Part shown: positions 1-7,682 of the stretch, piece after piece
Position numbering within the stretch: position 1 is the first letter of the stretch
Layout: each line of letters starts with the position of its first letter
Assembly: GCA_030836705.1 (NCBI GenBank)
Contig: JAUPLZ010000137.1
Location: 1-13,003 of the forward strand
Origin: Campylobacterota bacterium
GTDB taxonomy: Bacteria > Campylobacterota > Campylobacteria > Campylobacterales > SZUA-545
Length of the DNA: 13,003 nt
Direction: 5' to 3'
Notes under the pieces: generated by a model
Database searches by the model: none
What the model saw: only the letters and a program-made list of their open reading frames with translations
Told to the model about the DNA's origin: nothing
Program-made: the position numbers and the translations under genes

Positions 1-2
1 TA

Positions 3-566
3 GAACAATTAAAAACAGAAGAAAACAAAACAATAGCTCTAATAGAAGCGGTAACGGAAGAGAGAAAAATAAGCAAAGAAGAGATAAATCTCTTATCAAA
101 AGTATACGAAAAAGTTAGTGCGATTGAGTTTGTAAGCAGTTATCCAACCGACCTTATGCTCCAAAGCGATAAACTTGAAGCAATAGAAGAAAAGCTTGAT
201 ATAAGCATTAATAGATTAACCGATAATTGCACCTTAAAAGATGCAAAAAGCATAAGCGGACTTTTTAGACTTCAAGGAAATATCATAGACACAATACCCG
301 AATTTTCAAACTTGGCATACGGCTTAACAAATCTTGCTGATACTATTGAAAACTTAAAAGATGATGATATGAAAAGATTGGTCATGCACAAAGAAGTTCT
401 TTTTACGATTGCCGAGAGTATGTTTAAATGGAGAGAAGCCATTTTTGTCAAAAAAGATACTCAAAGTATACATTATTTGGATAATGCCCTCATAAGCGAC
501 TGTATTCAAGTGGAGGCTCTTCTTTCCGGCAAACAAGTAGAAGGTGAGGAATTGGAGCTATTTTAA
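3..566 (+). CDS. Hypothetical protein, 5'-partial. The reading frame is open from the window edge, so the gene starts upstream of this window. No confident domain assignment.
   Basis: Frame 3 is open from nt 3 to the TAA at 564-566. The ATG at 156 listed in the ORF track is internal. Codon usage matches the neighbouring genes. The 3' end overlaps or abuts the downstream PAS kinase, which is operon-like. Confidence 0.5.
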   Translation, partial: EQLKTEENKTIALIEAVTEERKISKEEINLLSKVYEKVSAIEFVSSYPTDLMLQSDKLEAIEEKLDISINRLTDNCTLKDAKSISGLFRLQGNIIDTIPEFSNLAYGLTNLADTIENLKDDDMKRLVMHKEVLFTIAESMFKWREAIFVKKDTQSIHYLDNALISDCIQVEALLSGKQVEGEELELF

Positions 567-570
567 AATA

Positions 571-1497
571 ATGAAAAATATAGAAACAGCTATTTTTACA
601 GACGGTAGCGTTATTGTTATTGTCTGGAAAAATGAAAAAAAATGGCCCATAACTTTTATAACCGAATCAGTAAAAGGGGTTTTGGGTTATTCAAAAGAGG
701 AGTTATTAAAAACAACTCTTTGTCTAAAAGATATTTTAGAAGAAGAAAGCCTAAAAAAATTGGAGCGGGAAATTGCCAAATTTGTGGATTTTGATGCGCA
801 CGCTTTTAATCTATCGCCCTTTCAAGCAAAAAGCAAAGACAATAACACCATCTGGCTGGAAGGTCACATCAAGCCAATAAAAGATAAAGATGGAAATATT
901 GTTAGTTTTTATGGGTATTTTGTTGATATTACGGCGCAATTAGAGACTAAAAACAGACTAGATGTGATTTTTGACGGGATTGCGGACGGAGTGGTTTTGG
1001 TAGATATTGAAACCAAAAAAATCCTAAAAGCAAACAATGCATTTATAAATATTTTTGGGTTTGATATTTTTGAACTTATCAACATGAGTGTTTTAGAACT
1101 TTCTCCAGAAGATAAGAAAGAAGAGATGATAAGCTTGATGGATTCTATTTTAAAAAAAGAGACAACATACGCAAAAGAGATAGAACTTATAAAAAAAGAC
1201 AAGAGTCAAATCTATACCAACATTACCGCCAATACAATATATTTTAATCAGCGGAATTCAATCATAGCGCTCATAAAAGACATAACCGAGTTAAAAAGAA
1301 TGGGCGAAGAGCGAAAAAAACATGAAAAAATATTTTTGCAACAATCAAGACTAGCCGCAATGGGGGAGATGATAAGCATGATAGCACATCAATGGCGCCA
1401 GCCTCTATCTACTATTAGTGCAATATCGGCAAACCTCGAAATCATGGCTCAGATGAATACAGTAGAATCAAACACGCTAAGCAAATCGCTGAGTTAA
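571..1497 (+). CDS. Sensor histidine kinase, N-terminal part: two PAS domains plus the HisKA H-box region. It ends at an in-frame TAA.
   Basis: PAS-like blocks: 'IFTDGSVIVIVWKNEKKW...GVLGYSKEEL' and 'LDVIFDGIADGVVLVDIETKKILKANNAFINIFGF'. H-box: 'MISMIAHQWRQPLSTISA', where His is the phospho-acceptor. No TM segments, so it is cytoplasmic. The start could instead be the GTG at 544. The ATG at 571 is preceded by GGAG at 554-557. Confidence 0.72.
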   Translation: MKNIETAIFTDGSVIVIVWKNEKKWPITFITESVKGVLGYSKEELLKTTLCLKDILEEESLKKLEREIAKFVDFDAHAFNLSPFQAKSKDNNTIWLEGHIKPIKDKDGNIVSFYGYFVDITAQLETKNRLDVIFDGIADGVVLVDIETKKILKANNAFINIFGFDIFELINMSVLELSPEDKKEEMISLMDSILKKETTYAKEIELIKKDKSQIYTNITANTIYFNQRNSIIALIKDITELKRMGEERKKHEKIFLQQSRLAAMGEMISMIAHQWRQPLSTISAISANLEIMAQMNTVESNTLSKSLS

Positions 1498-2052
1498 ATA
1501 AATGCTCAAACGCAATATCTATCAAAAACAATTAACGATTTTAGGGATTTTTTTAATCCAAACAAACTAGAAACTTCAACTCATTTGTGCGAAGTCGTTG
1601 AAAAAGCCACTTCTATTATAAACAAAACACTCAAAATGAACGGGATTAAACTTAATGTTTTATGCGAACTTAATGCGCCGATTCTAACACATCCTAACGA
1701 ACTGGTTCAGGTTTTTTTAAATATTATAAAAAATGCAAACGATGCTCACACGAAGGCAAAAAAAGAAAACCCGTATATAAAAATAAAAGGATACGAAACA
1801 AAAGAGGAGCAGATTATAGAGATATCCGACAACGCCGGCGGGATTGATGAAAAAATCATATGCAATATTTTTGACCCGTATTTCACTACAAAAGATGAAA
1901 AAAACGGTACGGGACTTGGACTTTATATTTCAAAAATCATAATCGAAACTCACTGTAACGGAAAGCTTCAAGTAAAAAATATCTATGAATCGGGCGAATT
2001 AACAGGCGTCAAGTTTATTATAAGCTTTTTAAAAAATAAACCTATAATCTAA
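1498..2052 (+). CDS. Sensor histidine kinase, C-terminal part (HATPase_c catalytic domain). It is in the same frame as 571..1497 and separated from it only by the TAA.
   Basis: Directly after the stop the frame continues 'INAQTQYLSKTINDFRDFF', the typical post-H-box helix. Next come the N-box 'FLNIIKNANDAH', the G1 box 'DNAGGI' and the G2 box 'GTGLGLYISK'. There is no ATG or RBS at the start of this fragment; the first candidate is a TTG at 1585 and the first ATG is at 1636. This argues that it is a continuation of the upstream ORF, not an independent gene. Confidence 0.7.
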   Translation: MNAQTQYLSKTINDFRDFFNPNKLETSTHLCEVVEKATSIINKTLKMNGIKLNVLCELNAPILTHPNELVQVFLNIIKNANDAHTKAKKENPYIKIKGYETKEEQIIEISDNAGGIDEKIICNIFDPYFTTKDEKNGTGLGLYISKIIIETHCNGKLQVKNIYESGELTGVKFIISFLKNKPII

Positions 2053-2950
2053 CGGCAATATTTGCGATTGCCGCACACTCTTTTGGACTTTTCATAATTG
2101 CAAGCGAATTGTATTCTAAGGTTTTTTTAGCAAGCGATAGGTATTTTTTATCGACTATTTCACCTAATATAATCAAAACATCAAGAAGCAAAGCCAAACA
2201 AGACAAATACTCGTCATCATAAGGCTGAACTATCGTCTCAAATTCACCATGCGCAAAAAACCAAACTCCACTATTGTAAAATTTCTCTATTGCCTTATCG
2301 CAAAGCTCGATACTTTTTTGCAAAAAAACATCCTCTTTGGTTTTGATGTACTCTTTTAGATAAAAGTCTGCAAAATATGCAAAATCCTCTAAAAAAAGCG
2401 GATTTTTCCGTTTCGGTTCAAATTTTTTTTTATTTTTATTTTCCGTCTTTTCAAGCTCGTTTTTTAAAAAAACCTTGTCAATAACGGCGGCTTTTGTATT
2501 TATTTCTAATTTTTTGAGTGTTTTTTCTATTAACTTGGCTTGTTCTATCAACTCTTTTGGGTTTTCTTGATATTTTTGCGAAATAATTTCACACACCTCA
2601 TCAAAGCCGATTATCATATCTCTTCTTGAGGGCGGAATATAACTACCGGCAAAAAACGGCTTTTTTTCATGCGTTAAAAATATAGACAAAGGGAGTTTGG
2701 CTAATTTTCTATTCAGAAGCTTATAAGCTTTTTTAAAATAATTGGCAATATCGGCTTGTTCATCTCTATCGACTTTTATAGAAACAAAATTATTATTCAA
2801 AATCTCGATAAACTCTTGCTTTTCAAAAATCTCTTCTTGCATCTTTTGACACAAATCGCAATCTGCAAAATAGACAAATAAAAATATTGGCTTCTTTTCT
2901 AGTCGGGCTTTTTTAAAAGCCTCTTCTTCCCACAAAAACCAATTAACCAA
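2042..2950 (-). CDS. DUF255 / YyaL-like thioredoxin-fold protein. It is a short 302-aa form and appears to start at a TTG.
   Basis: The N-terminus 'VNWFLWEEEAFKKARLEKKPIFLFVYFADCDLCQKMQEEIFE...FVSIKVDRDEQADIANYF...FLTHEKKPFFAGSY' closely parallels the B. subtilis YyaL-family thioredoxin domain (NPVNWYPWGEEAF...CHWC...IKVDREERPDI...FLTPDGKPFYGGTY). A 'PKRKNPLFLEDF' segment and one 'GVWFFAHGEFE...YDDEYL' hairpin follow. The rest of the usual (alpha/alpha)6 barrel is absent. There is a TAG stop directly upstream of the TTG start. Its 3' end overlaps the kinase 3' end by 11 nt. Confidence 0.65.
   Translation of the reverse strand: MVNWFLWEEEAFKKARLEKKPIFLFVYFADCDLCQKMQEEIFEKQEFIEILNNNFVSIKVDRDEQADIANYFKKAYKLLNRKLAKLPLSIFLTHEKKPFFAGSYIPPSRRDMIIGFDEVCEIISQKYQENPKELIEQAKLIEKTLKKLEINTKAAVIDKVFLKNELEKTENKNKKKFEPKRKNPLFLEDFAYFADFYLKEYIKTKEDVFLQKSIELCDKAIEKFYNSGVWFFAHGEFETIVQPYDDEYLSCLALLLDVLIILGEIVDKKYLSLAKKTLEYNSLAIMKSPKECAAIANIAVRL
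2053..2073 (+). terminator. Candidate stem-loop immediately after the kinase stop (CGGCAAT-N7-ATTGCCG). A T-run follows only after a 7-nt gap, so this is a weak intrinsic-terminator candidate. It lies inside the 3' codons of the convergent DUF255 gene.
   Basis: 7-bp perfect inverted repeat seen directly at 2053-2059 and 2067-2073. A 'tttt' run sits at 2081-2084. Confidence 0.2.
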
Positions 2951-3476
2951 CTATCCACTCATATGCATATTCAAACGGTCCATATCCACTATCTGAGTTA
3001 ATATGCCCTGCGTCATGAAGTATTTTTGTTTTTATTTTTAGCCCATCTATTACCGCTTTTGCCTCTTTCATGCTTAGATATTTATCATCGTCAGATAGAA
3101 CCAAAAGAGCTTTTTTTGCCTGAATATCACTAGGAAGTTGGCACGGGAAAAAAGACGCAATATCTTCATAACCCTCTAAGTTATTTTTAGGAGGCGCCAC
3201 AAGAAGAAGTTTTTCTATTCCTTCTACCTTATGGTTATTCAAAATATGAAACCAAGTCGTACAGCCAAGCGAATGGCAAACAACCACATTTGGCTTAAAA
3301 TTTTCTACCTCTTTTAAAACAGTTGATATCCAAACATCTTTTTTTGGAAAAAACATACTAGGAAGCTCCGGAAAAGAGACAACCACACCATTTTGCTTAA
3401 GCTTTTTTGCAAGCCAATCCTGCCAATGAGGCTGGGGACTTCCTTCCCATCCATGTAAAATAAGAACTCTTAACAT
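2943..3476 (-). CDS. Alpha/beta-fold serine hydrolase of the YdeN/RBBP9 family.
   Basis: 'LILHGWEGSPQPHWQ' N-terminal block. Nucleophile elbow 'CHSLGC' (GxSxG-like). Late 'HDAGH' block. Size about 177 aa, as in YdeN. Its ATG overlaps the ALDH stop (ATGTTAA). It overlaps the downstream DUF255 start by 8 nt. Confidence 0.75.
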   Translation of the reverse strand: MLRVLILHGWEGSPQPHWQDWLAKKLKQNGVVVSFPELPSMFFPKKDVWISTVLKEVENFKPNVVVCHSLGCTTWFHILNNHKVEGIEKLLLVAPPKNNLEGYEDIASFFPCQLPSDIQAKKALLVLSDDDKYLSMKEAKAVIDGLKIKTKILHDAGHINSDSGYGPFEYAYEWIVG

Positions 3477-4897
3477 ATTACCACCGATTTTATCTCTGTA
3501 TACTCTTCAATAGCATATTTTGCACCTTCTCGCCCTACTCCGCTTAATTTTATTCCGCCATAAGGCTGAATATCAAACCTAACAGTCGGGACATCATTTA
3601 TCACGACACCGCCGGCTTCAAGCTCATCTATTGCCCTTTTTGTAAGCGTTAATGAGTTTGTAAAAATAGAAAATTGCAATCCATAAGGTGAATTATTCAT
3701 TTTTTCCACCGCCTCATCAAATCCGTTCACCTTAACAAGTGAAACAATAGGAGCAAAAACCTCTTGGCAGACTATCTCCATCTCATCCGTCACATCAGCA
3801 AGGATAGCCGGAGTTAAAATGGTTTTATTTACTTCGCCGCCGCTTATGAGTCTAGCTCCTTTTTGCACAGCGCTATCGATCCATGATTTTGCCCTTTTTG
3901 CCTCTTGCTCGCTTATAAGCGCCGACATAAAAGTATCATCTTCGTGGCAAGAACCGACTTTTAGCTTGCTTGATTCTTCGGCAATCTTTTGCGCAAACTC
4001 TTCATAGATTGCCTCATCCACATAGATTCTTTGAAGCGAAATACAGACTTGACCGGAGTTTGCAAAGGCACCGTATGCACATCTCTTTGCCGCATAGGCA
4101 ATGTCGGCTGTTTTTTCTACAAAAGTTGCGGCATTTCCGCCAAGCTCCAAAGAGACTTTTTTTATTCCCGCATTTGCCATGATAATCTTGCCGACTTGAA
4201 CGGAACCGGTAAAACTTATAACTCTTGGAATATCGCTAGCAACAAGCGCACCTCCAACCTCTGCGTCTCCATAAACCACACTTAACACATCTTTTATTGC
4301 GAACTTACTGTCAATAAAAAGTTTTGCGAAACTATAGCCCGTATATGGCGCTTCCGGAGTCGGCTTTAAAACCACTGCATTCCCAGCAACAAGAGCAGGT
4401 GCCAGCTTATGCGCAACAAGATTTAACGGGAAATTAAAAGGAGTTATCGCCACCACGACACCCGCTGGCTCTCTTATAAAAAAAGCATTTGTTTTTTTGC
4501 CGCTTGACATGGCGTCTGTGTTTATGGTTTCGCCAACCGTAGTCATAGCAACCGAGGCTGTTATTTTGATAGTCTCTATACATCTGTCTACTTCTATTCT
4601 AGAAAACGCTATAGGTTTTGCCGTCTCTTTTGTTAAGTTTTGCGCAAATTCTTCCTTTTTTTCAAAAAGCATTCTAGCCACATCCAAAAGCCAATTTATT
4701 CTTTGAGACAACATCGAATTTTTTGCCTCTTTTTTGGCTTTTTGTGCAATTTCAAGAGCTTTTTTTGCATCATCTGCGGTACATATCGGCGCCTTTGACG
4801 CTAAAGTCCCGTCATAAGGATTTAAAACAGCCGCCAAACTCTCTCTTTTTTCCTCTTTGCTTCCAAAAAAAATATTAGCTACATTCATAATTTCCAC
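3470..4897 (-). CDS. NAD(P)-dependent aldehyde dehydrogenase family protein.
   Basis: 475 aa. Catalytic Glu motif 'LELGGNA'. Catalytic Cys motif 'FANSGQVCISLQRIYV'. Rossmann 'FTGSVQVGK'. C-terminal 'PYGGIKLSGVGREG'. First gene of the minus-strand operon, downstream of the divergent promoter region 4898-5005. Confidence 0.9.
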   Translation of the reverse strand: MEIMNVANIFFGSKEEKRESLAAVLNPYDGTLASKAPICTADDAKKALEIAQKAKKEAKNSMLSQRINWLLDVARMLFEKKEEFAQNLTKETAKPIAFSRIEVDRCIETIKITASVAMTTVGETINTDAMSSGKKTNAFFIREPAGVVVAITPFNFPLNLVAHKLAPALVAGNAVVLKPTPEAPYTGYSFAKLFIDSKFAIKDVLSVVYGDAEVGGALVASDIPRVISFTGSVQVGKIIMANAGIKKVSLELGGNAATFVEKTADIAYAAKRCAYGAFANSGQVCISLQRIYVDEAIYEEFAQKIAEESSKLKVGSCHEDDTFMSALISEQEAKRAKSWIDSAVQKGARLISGGEVNKTILTPAILADVTDEMEIVCQEVFAPIVSLVKVNGFDEAVEKMNNSPYGLQFSIFTNSLTLTKRAIDELEAGGVVINDVPTVRFDIQPYGGIKLSGVGREGAKYAIEEYTEIKSVVIC

Positions 4898-5005
4898 TTT
4901 TTTATAAAATTCTAAATATTTTAACCAACTCTTTCTATAATCTCAAAAAAGATTCATTTGGCTACAATTACAAAATTTTAATATTTTACAATTAGGAACA
5001 AAAAA
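4898..5005. promoter_or_regulatory. Divergent intergenic promoter region for the ALDH operon (leftward) and the ilvE operon (rightward).
   Basis: 108-bp AT-rich spacer between divergent starts. TATAAT at 4936-4941 and TAATAT at 4979-4984 on the + strand are candidate -10 elements for ilvE. The ilvE RBS AGGAA lies 6 nt before the GTG. 'TATAAA' plus a GGAAA RBS on the other strand serve ALDH. Confidence 0.4.
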
Positions 5006-5923
5006 GTGAAAGAAGCTAAATATATTTGGATGGATGGGAAATTTGTTGCTTGGAATGATGCAAATATTCATGTCTTATCACACTCTTTACACTACGGAAA
5101 TGCGGCAATAGAAGGAACAAAGGCTTATAAAACCAAAGACGGTTACGCTATTTTTAAACTAAAAGAGCACACAAAAAGGCTTCTTCAGTCTAGTAAAATG
5201 ACTCTTTTGAATGTGCCATATTCAGAGGAAGAGCTTAACGAAGCGCAGATAGAATTAGTTAGAAAAAATAAATTTGACGGCGAAAATGTCTATCTTAGAC
5301 CTATTGTCTACCTTGGGTACGGAGTTATGGGGCTTTACCACAAAAACGCTCCTGTTCAAACTGCTATTGCAGCTTGGGAGTGGGGAGCTTATCTTGGCGA
5401 AGAGGGTCTGCAAAAAGGAATAAGACTAAAAATTTCATCTTTTACTCGCCCATCAAACAGATCCACAATGGGCAAAGCAAAAGCCTCCGCAAACTATCTA
5501 AACTCACAAATGGCTAAATATGAAGCCGTCGAAGCAGGATATGACGAGGCCTTGTTGCTTGATGATGAAGGATATGTAGCAGAAGCAAGCGGCGCATGTT
5601 TTTTCATGGTAAGAGACGGGGTTTTAATAACACCTCCAAACGACAACTCACTAGAGTCCATAACACAAAAAACAGTCATAGAAATCGCACAAAAAATGGG
5701 TATTGTAGTTTTAAGAAGAAAAATTACAAGAGAAGAGATTTATATAGCCGATGAAGCGTTTCTTACAGGAACAGCAGCTGAAATCACACCTGTAAGAGAG
5801 GTTGACAGCAGAATGTTAGGAGCCAAAGGTAGAGGAGCTATCACAGAGGCTATCCAGTCCGCTTATTTTGATATAGTTTTTGGCAGAAACCCTGACTATA
5901 AACACCATTTAACATATGTATAA
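5006..5923 (+). CDS. ilvE: Branched-chain amino acid aminotransferase.
   Basis: 305 aa. The N-terminus 'YIWMDGKFVAWNDANIHVLSHSLHYGNAAIEG' parallels E. coli IlvE '[31 protein letters not shown]'. PLP-lysine region 'NYLNSQMAK'. GTG start with an AGGAA RBS. Confidence 0.9.
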   Translation: MKEAKYIWMDGKFVAWNDANIHVLSHSLHYGNAAIEGTKAYKTKDGYAIFKLKEHTKRLLQSSKMTLLNVPYSEEELNEAQIELVRKNKFDGENVYLRPIVYLGYGVMGLYHKNAPVQTAIAAWEWGAYLGEEGLQKGIRLKISSFTRPSNRSTMGKAKASANYLNSQMAKYEAVEAGYDEALLLDDEGYVAEASGACFFMVRDGVLITPPNDNSLESITQKTVIEIAQKMGIVVLRRKITREEIYIADEAFLTGTAAEITPVREVDSRMLGAKGRGAITEAIQSAYFDIVFGRNPDYKHHLTYV

Positions 5924-5940
5924 TTTAAAGGAAACACGAT

Positions 5941-6999
5941 ATGCCAGCAGATATGAATGATTATTTTAGGAAAAAAAAGCCGGAAAATTCGGCACCAAAA
6001 TTTCCTAATGAAACTCCGGAATTTATAAAAAATCTCGGCAAAAGAGCTGGATTAATTTATGCAGCGATTGGCATCATACTTCTTTTTATAATCGCAAAGC
6101 CTTATGTTATTATAAACTCCGGAGAAGTCGGTATATTAAAAACACTAGGCAAATATGAAGATGCGCCTTTGTATCCAGGTTTTCATCTTATTATGCCTTT
6201 TATGCAAAGCGTTGTCGTAGTTGATACAAAAGTACGCCAAATGAACTACAATAAAACGGAAGTAATACCTGACGGCAGAGGCATAACTCAAAAACCGCCT
6301 ATTTCCATACTAGATTCAAGAGGTCTTCCGGTTGAAATAGAAATTACCATTCAATACAGCCTAAAACCAAACATAGCACCGCATACGATAGCAACACTCG
6401 GTCTAAACTGGGAAGATAAAACAATCAATCCAAACACAAGAGATGTAGTAAGAAGCGTTATAGGCAGCTATACAGCAGAGGAGCTTCCTATAAACAGAAA
6501 TGCAATAGCCCAGCTTATCGAGCAAGGAATGGCAGAAAGATTGGCTAAAATAGAAAACAGCCCTATTAGCCTTATAGCTATTCAATTAAGAGGAATTGTT
6601 TTGCCTGAAAGAATTAAAGAGCAAATAGAGAGAGTTCAAATCGCAAAACAAGAGTCAGAAAGAACCAAAAACGAAGTAGAAAGAACAAAGCAAGAAGCAA
6701 TGAAAGCTGCCGAAAAAGCAAGAGGTGAGGCAGAAGCTAGAAGAATAGAAGCTCAAGGTATAGCCGATAAAAGAACAATAGAAGCGGCAGCCGAAGCAAA
6801 AGCAAATAAATTAATTGCTAATTCACTCACAAAGCCTCTGATTGAATTAAAAAAAGTTGAAATGCAGGGCAAGTTTAATGAAGCATTAAAAGAAAACAAA
6901 GATGCAAAAATATTCTTAACACCAGGCGGAAGCACGCCAAATATCTGGCTTGATGCAAAAGACTCTCAAAGAGCAACAGCCGCAGCAGCTGGCAACTAA
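5941..6999 (+). CDS. SPFH/band-7 (stomatin/prohibitin/HflKC-like) membrane protein.
   Basis: Short cytoplasmic N-tail. One TM helix '[21 protein letters not shown]'. SPFH core '[38 protein letters not shown]'. Long Glu/Ala/Lys/Arg-rich C-terminal coiled coil. As I recall, an SPFH gene next to ilvE occurs in Campylobacter jejuni (Cj0268c/Cj0269c). AAGGAAA RBS. Confidence 0.85.
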   Translation: MPADMNDYFRKKKPENSAPKFPNETPEFIKNLGKRAGLIYAAIGIILLFIIAKPYVIINSGEVGILKTLGKYEDAPLYPGFHLIMPFMQSVVVVDTKVRQMNYNKTEVIPDGRGITQKPPISILDSRGLPVEIEITIQYSLKPNIAPHTIATLGLNWEDKTINPNTRDVVRSVIGSYTAEELPINRNAIAQLIEQGMAERLAKIENSPISLIAIQLRGIVLPERIKEQIERVQIAKQESERTKNEVERTKQEAMKAAEKARGEAEARRIEAQGIADKRTIEAAAEAKANKLIANSLTKPLIELKKVEMQGKFNEALKENKDAKIFLTPGGSTPNIWLDAKDSQRATAAAAGN

Positions 7000-7001
7000 T
7001 A

Positions 7002-7682
7002 ATGTCAATAGCAAACTCTATAGCATGGGATAAAACAGAACTTATCCCAGCTATTGCTCAAGATTACAAAAGCGGTGAAGTTCTAATGCTTGCCTATATG
7101 AATAAAGAAGCTTACGAATTAACACTAAAAACAAATATTGCTCACTATTTTTCAAGAAGCAAACAGCGAATATGGAAAAAAGGCGAAGAGAGCGGTAATA
7201 TACAAAACATAAAAGAGATTTTGCTTGATTGCGACAGCGATACCATCTTGCTAAAAATAGAGCAAGTTGGTGACGCCGCTTGTCACACAGGCAGAAGAAG
7301 CTGCTTTTTTAAAAGCGTAACGCAAAACAAAAATACGAGCGAGCCACTTATAAATATTGAACAAAAATACTCCATAGTCGATAGACTGTATCATGTTATT
7401 CAAGAGAAAAAAACACACGATCCAAAAACCTCTTATGTTGCAAAGCTTTTTTCAAAGGGCGATACGGCAATATTAAAAAAAGTCATAGAAGAGGCTGGAG
7501 AGCTAGCGCTTGCAATAAAAGACAAAAACAAAAACGAGGCTATATATGAAGCGGCTGATCTTCTCTTTCACTCTTTAGTAGCTCTTGCTTACCTTGACAT
7601 CAATCCGGATTTAATAAAACAAGAGTTATCAAAAAGAGAAGGGGTTGGCGGTATAGAGGAAAAGAATAGCCGAGCTAACTAA
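7002..7682 (+). CDS. hisI: Bifunctional phosphoribosyl-AMP cyclohydrolase / phosphoribosyl-ATP pyrophosphatase.
   Basis: The N-terminal half has HisI motifs '[21 protein letters not shown]', '[15 protein letters not shown]' and the Zn site '[12 protein letters not shown]'. The C-terminal half is HisE-like: '[33 protein letters not shown]...[13 protein letters not shown]'. It starts 2 nt after the SPFH stop. Confidence 0.9.
   Translation: MSIANSIAWDKTELIPAIAQDYKSGEVLMLAYMNKEAYELTLKTNIAHYFSRSKQRIWKKGEESGNIQNIKEILLDCDSDTILLKIEQVGDAACHTGRRSCFFKSVTQNKNTSEPLINIEQKYSIVDRLYHVIQEKKTHDPKTSYVAKLFSKGDTAILKKVIEEAGELALAIKDKNKNEAIYEAADLLFHSLVALAYLDINPDLIKQELSKREGVGGIEEKNSRAN

Larger units (their letters stand above)
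571..2052 (+). pseudogene. PAS-PAS-HisKA-HATPase histidine kinase gene disrupted by a single in-frame TAA at 1495-1497. This is either a nonsense pseudogene or a sequencing error.
   Basis: Both fragments share frame 1. Domain order across the stop is exactly that of one intact kinase (H-box, stop, DFRDFF helix, N, G1, G2). Confidence 0.45.

Noticed and set aside
205-220. CCGATAA resembling a sigma-28 -10 element
   Set aside because: No TAAAG -35-like element upstream. It is inside a CDS.
3-566. Possible Hpt or hemerythrin-like domain in the 5'-partial ORF (HKEVLF...W...H..D pattern)
   Set aside because: Motif spacing does not match either family convincingly. I left it as hypothetical.
2020-2042. 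AGCTTTTTAAAAA partial palindrome at the kinase 3' end
   Set aside because: Imperfect and AT-rich. It is inside coding sequence on both strands.
3139-3155. TGGCACG motif resembling the sigma-54 -24 element
   Set aside because: There is no TTGC -12 element at the required spacing. It lies on the non-transcribed orientation inside the hydrolase CDS.
3819-4285. Three overlapping plus-strand ORFs (62-98 aa) antisense to the aldehyde dehydrogenase gene
   Set aside because: They lie entirely within a strongly supported minus-strand CDS. Their Cys/Arg/His/Leu-rich translations are typical of the antisense strand of a GC-richer gene. No RBS and no domain.
4898-5005. Short AT-only palindromes (for example AAAAT-N7-ATTTT) in the divergent promoter region
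   Set aside because: These are expected by chance in AT-rich DNA of this kind. They are not distinguishable from background.
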